NCBI RefSeq assembly: GCF_009914755.1
Contig: NC_060926.1
DNA: 64,000 nucleotides
Source: the human T2T-CHM13v2.0 reference genome, Homo sapiens
Direction: 5' to 3' (one strand)
The notes under the pieces are model-generated. The model was not told the DNA's origin, ran no database searches, and was given only the letters and a program-made list of their open reading frames with translations. Below, one piece after another: positions 59,105 to 64,000 of this stretch (the first letter of the stretch is position 1; each line of letters opens with the position of its first letter). A program made the translations under genes and the position numbers.

Positions 59105-60404
59105 AATAAAATTTGAGTAAAAGGTTCAAACCAGACTTTGACTGCTCAGTTGGGAAACTTTGTTTATATTATGTGGGCTATCCCTGGCTTCATTGTTAAG
59201 AGTGTAACAGAGATGGTTATGTTCCTGCTTCAACCTGAACAGGTCTCCTTTAATAAAGGCAATTGTATAATAACAACAATAATAATAATAGTAACTCTCC
59301 CTTGCAGAGACTCCTGCTGCCATACCATCTCTACATGTCACCATCTTCCTTTCCCAGAGAAACCCTTCCAATCTGGATGTCAGACTTGATGGGATCCAAG
59401 TTCGTCACACTCTTGATGGGCTGCTGGCTGCCTCTCAGTAGCCCCAGAGCGAGGAGGGTTGATTTATCCTTCCCCCAATCCACCTTGTGGCCAAGGCCGA
59501 GTCTATCGTAACTGCAACCTATTGTAACAATCAGTTCTTCTAGGCTTCATATCTGCACTCGTAGGAAAGTGACATGCCCCTGAAGTGAGTCTGAACTCAT
59601 CTCAGACAGCCCCAGCCACTCTGGAAGAAAGCCACTGACAATTTGGAATAGCTGAGCTGAATAAGGCTTTGGGGAGGCCAAACAATGCTATCATCCCAGC
59701 TAGAAACATTCCTGGTACTTTGGCTAATTTCTAAGATGCAAACTAATTCAGTTCACTTTTAAGAAATGAAACCCTTGAGGCTGAAGCATCCTCACAGGAA
59801 AGACCCAAACCAAGTAGCCCATTACTTTTCTTACATACTTCAAAACACAATCTGATCTTAAGAGGATGCCAGTCTAACTTCGGAGAGAGAAGCATGGGTC
59901 TGCTGAAGGACCAAATAGGGATACTGTTAGAGATTTCAGATCAAGAGCTTCAGTTACTTGTACTCAATCTCCCCACTACTACTGCCTTTATCACACTTGG
60001 CTTTAAGAGCAAAAAAAAGATCTAAGGTTAGAAAAATATTCATTTTACTTGAGTGCTTTTCGTTTTTCATGTTTAGTTTTAATTATATGTATAACAATAT
60101 ATATCATACATATTTACATATTTAGATATTATATATGTATAATACATGTCTATCATACATATATGCAAAACTTGTAACTATGTACAGTAAAAATAAAAGT
60201 CCCCTTAATTGTTCCTTATCCAAAGATCTCACTTCCCTCCTCTAGAACTAATCAAGTCAGTAACTAGACATGCCCTCTTTTATAGTTTTCCAAGTATCTG
60301 TATTGATATTGACATATATTATATGCATATTTTAGAATTAGTTTGTTTCTACATAAGTAGACTCACAATACATTTTTGGTGAGTTGCTTTTTTAAAAATA
60401 AACT

Positions 60405-61640
60405 TTTCATTTTATTTATTTAACTACTTTGGAAGAGTTTTATATTTACAGAAAAATTGTGAAGGTGATACAGAGACTTCCCATATACCCCATACCCAGT
60501 TTCTCCTACTATTCACATCTTACATTACTATGGTATATTGGTCATAATTAATAAACCAACACTGGTAAATTGTTATTACTAAAGGCCATACTGTATTCAG
60601 ATGTCCTTAGTTTTGACTCCGTGTCCTTTTTCTGATCTAAGATCCCACCCAGGATACCATATCACATTTAATTGTCATGTGTCTTTTGGCTCCTGTTTAT
60701 GTGACAGTTTCTCAGATTTTTCTTTTTTTATATTGACAGGTTTGGAAACACTGGACGGGTGTCTTGTAGAATGCCCTTGATAGAGTCTGGATGTTGTTCC
60801 CTCTAAATCTCCTGTTGCATTATAATCTCCAATATTGGAGGGGGAGCCTGGTGGGAGGTGATGGGATCATGGGAGTGAATTTTTCATGAATAGTTTAGTG
60901 GCATCCCCTTAGTACTGTCCTCACTATAGTGAATGAATTCTCAGAGATATGGTTTTATGAGTGTGTGGCATCTTCCCCCCTCACTCTCATGCCTCTGCTC
61001 TCACCATGTGACTTGCCTGCTCCCCCATCACCTTCTGTCATGAGTAAAAGCCCCTTGAGGCATCTCTGGAAGGCAAGAAGATGCTAGCACCATGCTTGTA
61101 TAGTCTGCAGAATCATGAGCCAACTAAACCTCTTTTCTTCATAAATTACCCAGCCTCAGGTATTCCTTTGTAGCAACTCAAGAATGGCCTAACACAGCTC
61201 TTCTATTCGGATTTTTCTGATGTTTTTTTCTCATGATTAAACTGGGGTTATGGGTTATTGAGAGGGAGGCCACAGAGGTGAATTGCCAATTGTATCACAT
61301 CATGTTAAGAATATGTACTAGAAATATGACTATCACTGTTGATGTTAATTTTTAATCACTTGGCTAAGGTGGTGTTTTTCATGTTTTCCACTGTAAAATT
61401 ACTCCCCCACTCCTTTCAACACTGTGCTCTTTGGAGGAAGTTACTATTAATCACTTTTTAGCTCAGACCTCAGGAGTGAAGAGTTAGGCTCCCCTGCTTG
61501 AGGGCAGAATTTCTACATATATTATTTGGAATTCTGCATGGGAGATTTGCCTACTCTCCCTCACTTATTTTACTCAATCATTTATTTATATCAGTGGGAG
61601 CTCATAGATATTTATTTTATAGTTTGGATTAGAATTTAAA
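60405..61640 (-). mobile_element. L1MC-type 3' end split by MSTB
   Basis: GTTTTATATTTACAGAAAAATTG...CATCTTACATTACTATGGTA...GATCCCACCCAGGATACCAT...GTAGAATGCCC | CTATTCGGATTT...CCACAGAGGTGAATTGCC. Confidence 0.8.
60778..61196 (+). mobile_element. MSTB-like solo LTR
   Basis: TGATAGAGTCTGGATGTT...TCATGAATAGTTTAG...TAAATTACCCAGCCTCAGGTATTCCTTT...CTAACACA; TSD GC[C/T]CT. Confidence 0.88.
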
Positions 61641-63369
61641 ACTGCATTATTGCATTATTTATTGTGACTTGCTTTTTTTAAACTTGTCTGGGGAAATTTT
61701 TCCTTTCTTTTAAGTCATAGTTTCAAAACCATAGCCTTTATACTTATGTATTTGGAATGCTATTATTTTTAAATTAAACTGTTTCTATATGAACTATGGT
61801 GGAGAGATGTTTGTAATTGCAAAGAACAGAGCTGAGATTATCTCCATATTTCAAAAATTAATTTGGGTGACAGTAGTAAATGAGAGGCACTAATGAATGC
61901 TATTACTAGCAATGAATTGGAAATCTGGACAATCTGGTCAACCTGGAAAATTAGACATTCCCATAATTACCTTCTTTACCAAGTTCCCTCTATCTCACAA
62001 AGGTTCTTTGGTGGATTTTAACCAGAAAAGGGCACTCATTTCTCTCCCCTTGTGGCATTAATATAAGCATGAATTATACCCTCCTCCAAAGTATGCAGAG
62101 AATTTAAATTAATAACTCTTATTATAAGGAGAGGGGGCCTGTTACCTATATAGCGAAATCTGAGATGTTGGGTGGACTGAGTTCTAAGCTTTCAGGCTGG
62201 GTTTCAAGAAGAATCAGAGCAAATTCAGGTATTCAGTTCACCAAGAGTAAACAGAAATTGCTCCTTAATTTTCAGCAAACCACAGCAAAGGAAGCAATTT
62301 GTTCAAAGTTGGCGTGAAAAGATGAAAAGTAATAAAACTCTTAAGACATTGATTGCCACACCATCATCATATCAACATGTCAGCGAGGTCTCATGCTTTC
62401 TAATCAACACTTGCACAGCCCAATTGTCTTCCACCAGGCTTCACTTCACTCGGTCACTCATGAGCCCAGGATGGCTTCTCTCTGCTCACCTTCAGTAAGA
62501 GTTTCTCAGGAATCACTGCACTTTGCTGGTAAATCCACTTCCTCTCCTAGGATATCCCCATGACAAGGAACCCACCTCAGTTCATTCACAAAGGCCAGCA
62601 GGAAGTTGGAACAACTCGGGTAACTGCTTCTTCTTGACTGCAGCCTTTTGACCCACCTTACTGAAATCCCCAACTTCTGGAGTCAAACTGTGAAAGAAAT
62701 GTACATAGCTACTTCTTCATCTCCTTACAATAACTGAAGGAAATCAAGCCCCTAGATGTAAGTCTATGCTTTGTCTCCTGACAGACAAGCTTCTTCTGCC
62801 ATCTGTTTCTAATTGTCTTTCTGATCTTATCTTCCCAAGCAGGCTCCCAAGAGCTCTCTGCTGTTGCTGGCCTCCTCCCTATTTCCTCCCTTTTGCCTTG
62901 TAAATTCTTGCTCCAAGTGTTTTCTAACCTGTTTCTACCACTGAGGATGCTCTATTCTCCTCTTCCCAGACAAGCACCATTTCTAACTTCAGAGTACAAC
63001 TCAAAAGTTACCTGCTCTGTGGCTCCTCCTTACCTCCAATCCCAGAAATTTCCCCTTTCCTGCCCACGTTGTACATCTTCTCTTCTGCGAGCATTGTCTA
63101 TTCTTCCCCTGAGGTCAGAAATTGGGTCAGGTATACCCTTTGAATTCCGCAATGCTCTGACAATCAGAAATTGTTTCCTGATTGACATGAACATGAGATA
63201 TGTTGGTCAACCCTGAATATTGTCCTGTAAGGGAAATAGCGGTTGATGTTTTCAACTATTTTAAACATAGAAAGCCAACATGTGGATGAAAAGGTTTGTT
63301 GAAAGTCGAATAGATGCTCATCTCCACTCCTTCCTGCAGCAGCATTAAAATATAATAATATAAAATATA

Positions 63370-64000
63370 TAAACACATAATGACAAAGAAAATGAAAGCA
63401 GTATTACAGCAGACAAGAGATGGTCAACAAAATTTAGGGAATAGAAAGTAGATAAATGAGTGGTTACTAAAATCCAACTGCCAGTTCGGGAACTGTGGAA
63501 CCCATGAATGCCAATTGTTACCCAGTACAACCCAGTTGTGTGTCTCAACACCCTCCAGTCTCAGAGATGAGAGGGTGTTGTGTATCTCAAGGCTGGTGTG
63601 GGATGAGCCTGAAAACAGGAGGACTGCTTGACAATTATGTAAGAAGTAGACCCCAGACCCTCCCCTAGCCCACAGTCAAGCAATTGCCTTTGGTCCATTA
63701 GGACACAAACAGGTTTACTCTCCAGAGGGACTGGAGGACACCAGGCTCAGCTGAAGGCAGGGGTGAGGCACTAAAAGAAAAAGAAGGTGGCATAGATAAA
63801 CATATATGCACATGAAACAGTGAAAGCCACCATCTTTCCCTGTTCAGCAGCCAGAACACCAGGAGCCAGACTTGTATTCCTCAGGCAGGGGATTGGAGAA
63901 TTAGAACTCTTCTCAGGGGAATCTGATCTTCCCCAAGGGAAGAAAAATCTTAGGTTGGGAACCCAGTGAAATATCTAGGTCCTCATCCAACAACCCCAAG
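63370..64000 (+). mobile_element. Probable old L1M 5'-region
   Basis: CAGCAGACAAGAGATGGTCAACAAAATTT...GAAAGTAGATAAATGAGTGG resembles L1M 5' ends. Confidence 0.45.

Overview
Primate (human-like), CpG-depleted, repeat-dense DNA that is either intergenic or a large intron. I recognise no host protein-coding exon, RNA gene or CpG island, and nearly all long ORFs come from transposable elements. Main contents: an MSTC-like MaLR provirus remnant; an HSMAR2 mariner nested in an MLT2 LTR; a full-length but inactivated L1PA4/5 (minus strand) that keeps its YY1 site, the 129-bp ZNF93-target segment and an open ORF0; a 5'-truncated L1PA3-like copy with a perfect TSD; several old L1M blocks; nine Alu-family insertions; and many MaLR/ERVL solo LTRs, MIR, L2, MER3 and MER5 fragments. 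The structure least explained by ordinary repeats is two local templated copies pasted into old L1s: a 275-bp, ~94% identical inverted duplication (45016-45290 vs 48415-48689) and an 82-bp direct copy (39460-39541 vs 40402-40483). LTR orientation also appears to switch between the left and right halves. Subfamily names are from recall of consensus sequences and need RepeatMasker/Dfam confirmation. I find no evidence of a new multi-gene system.
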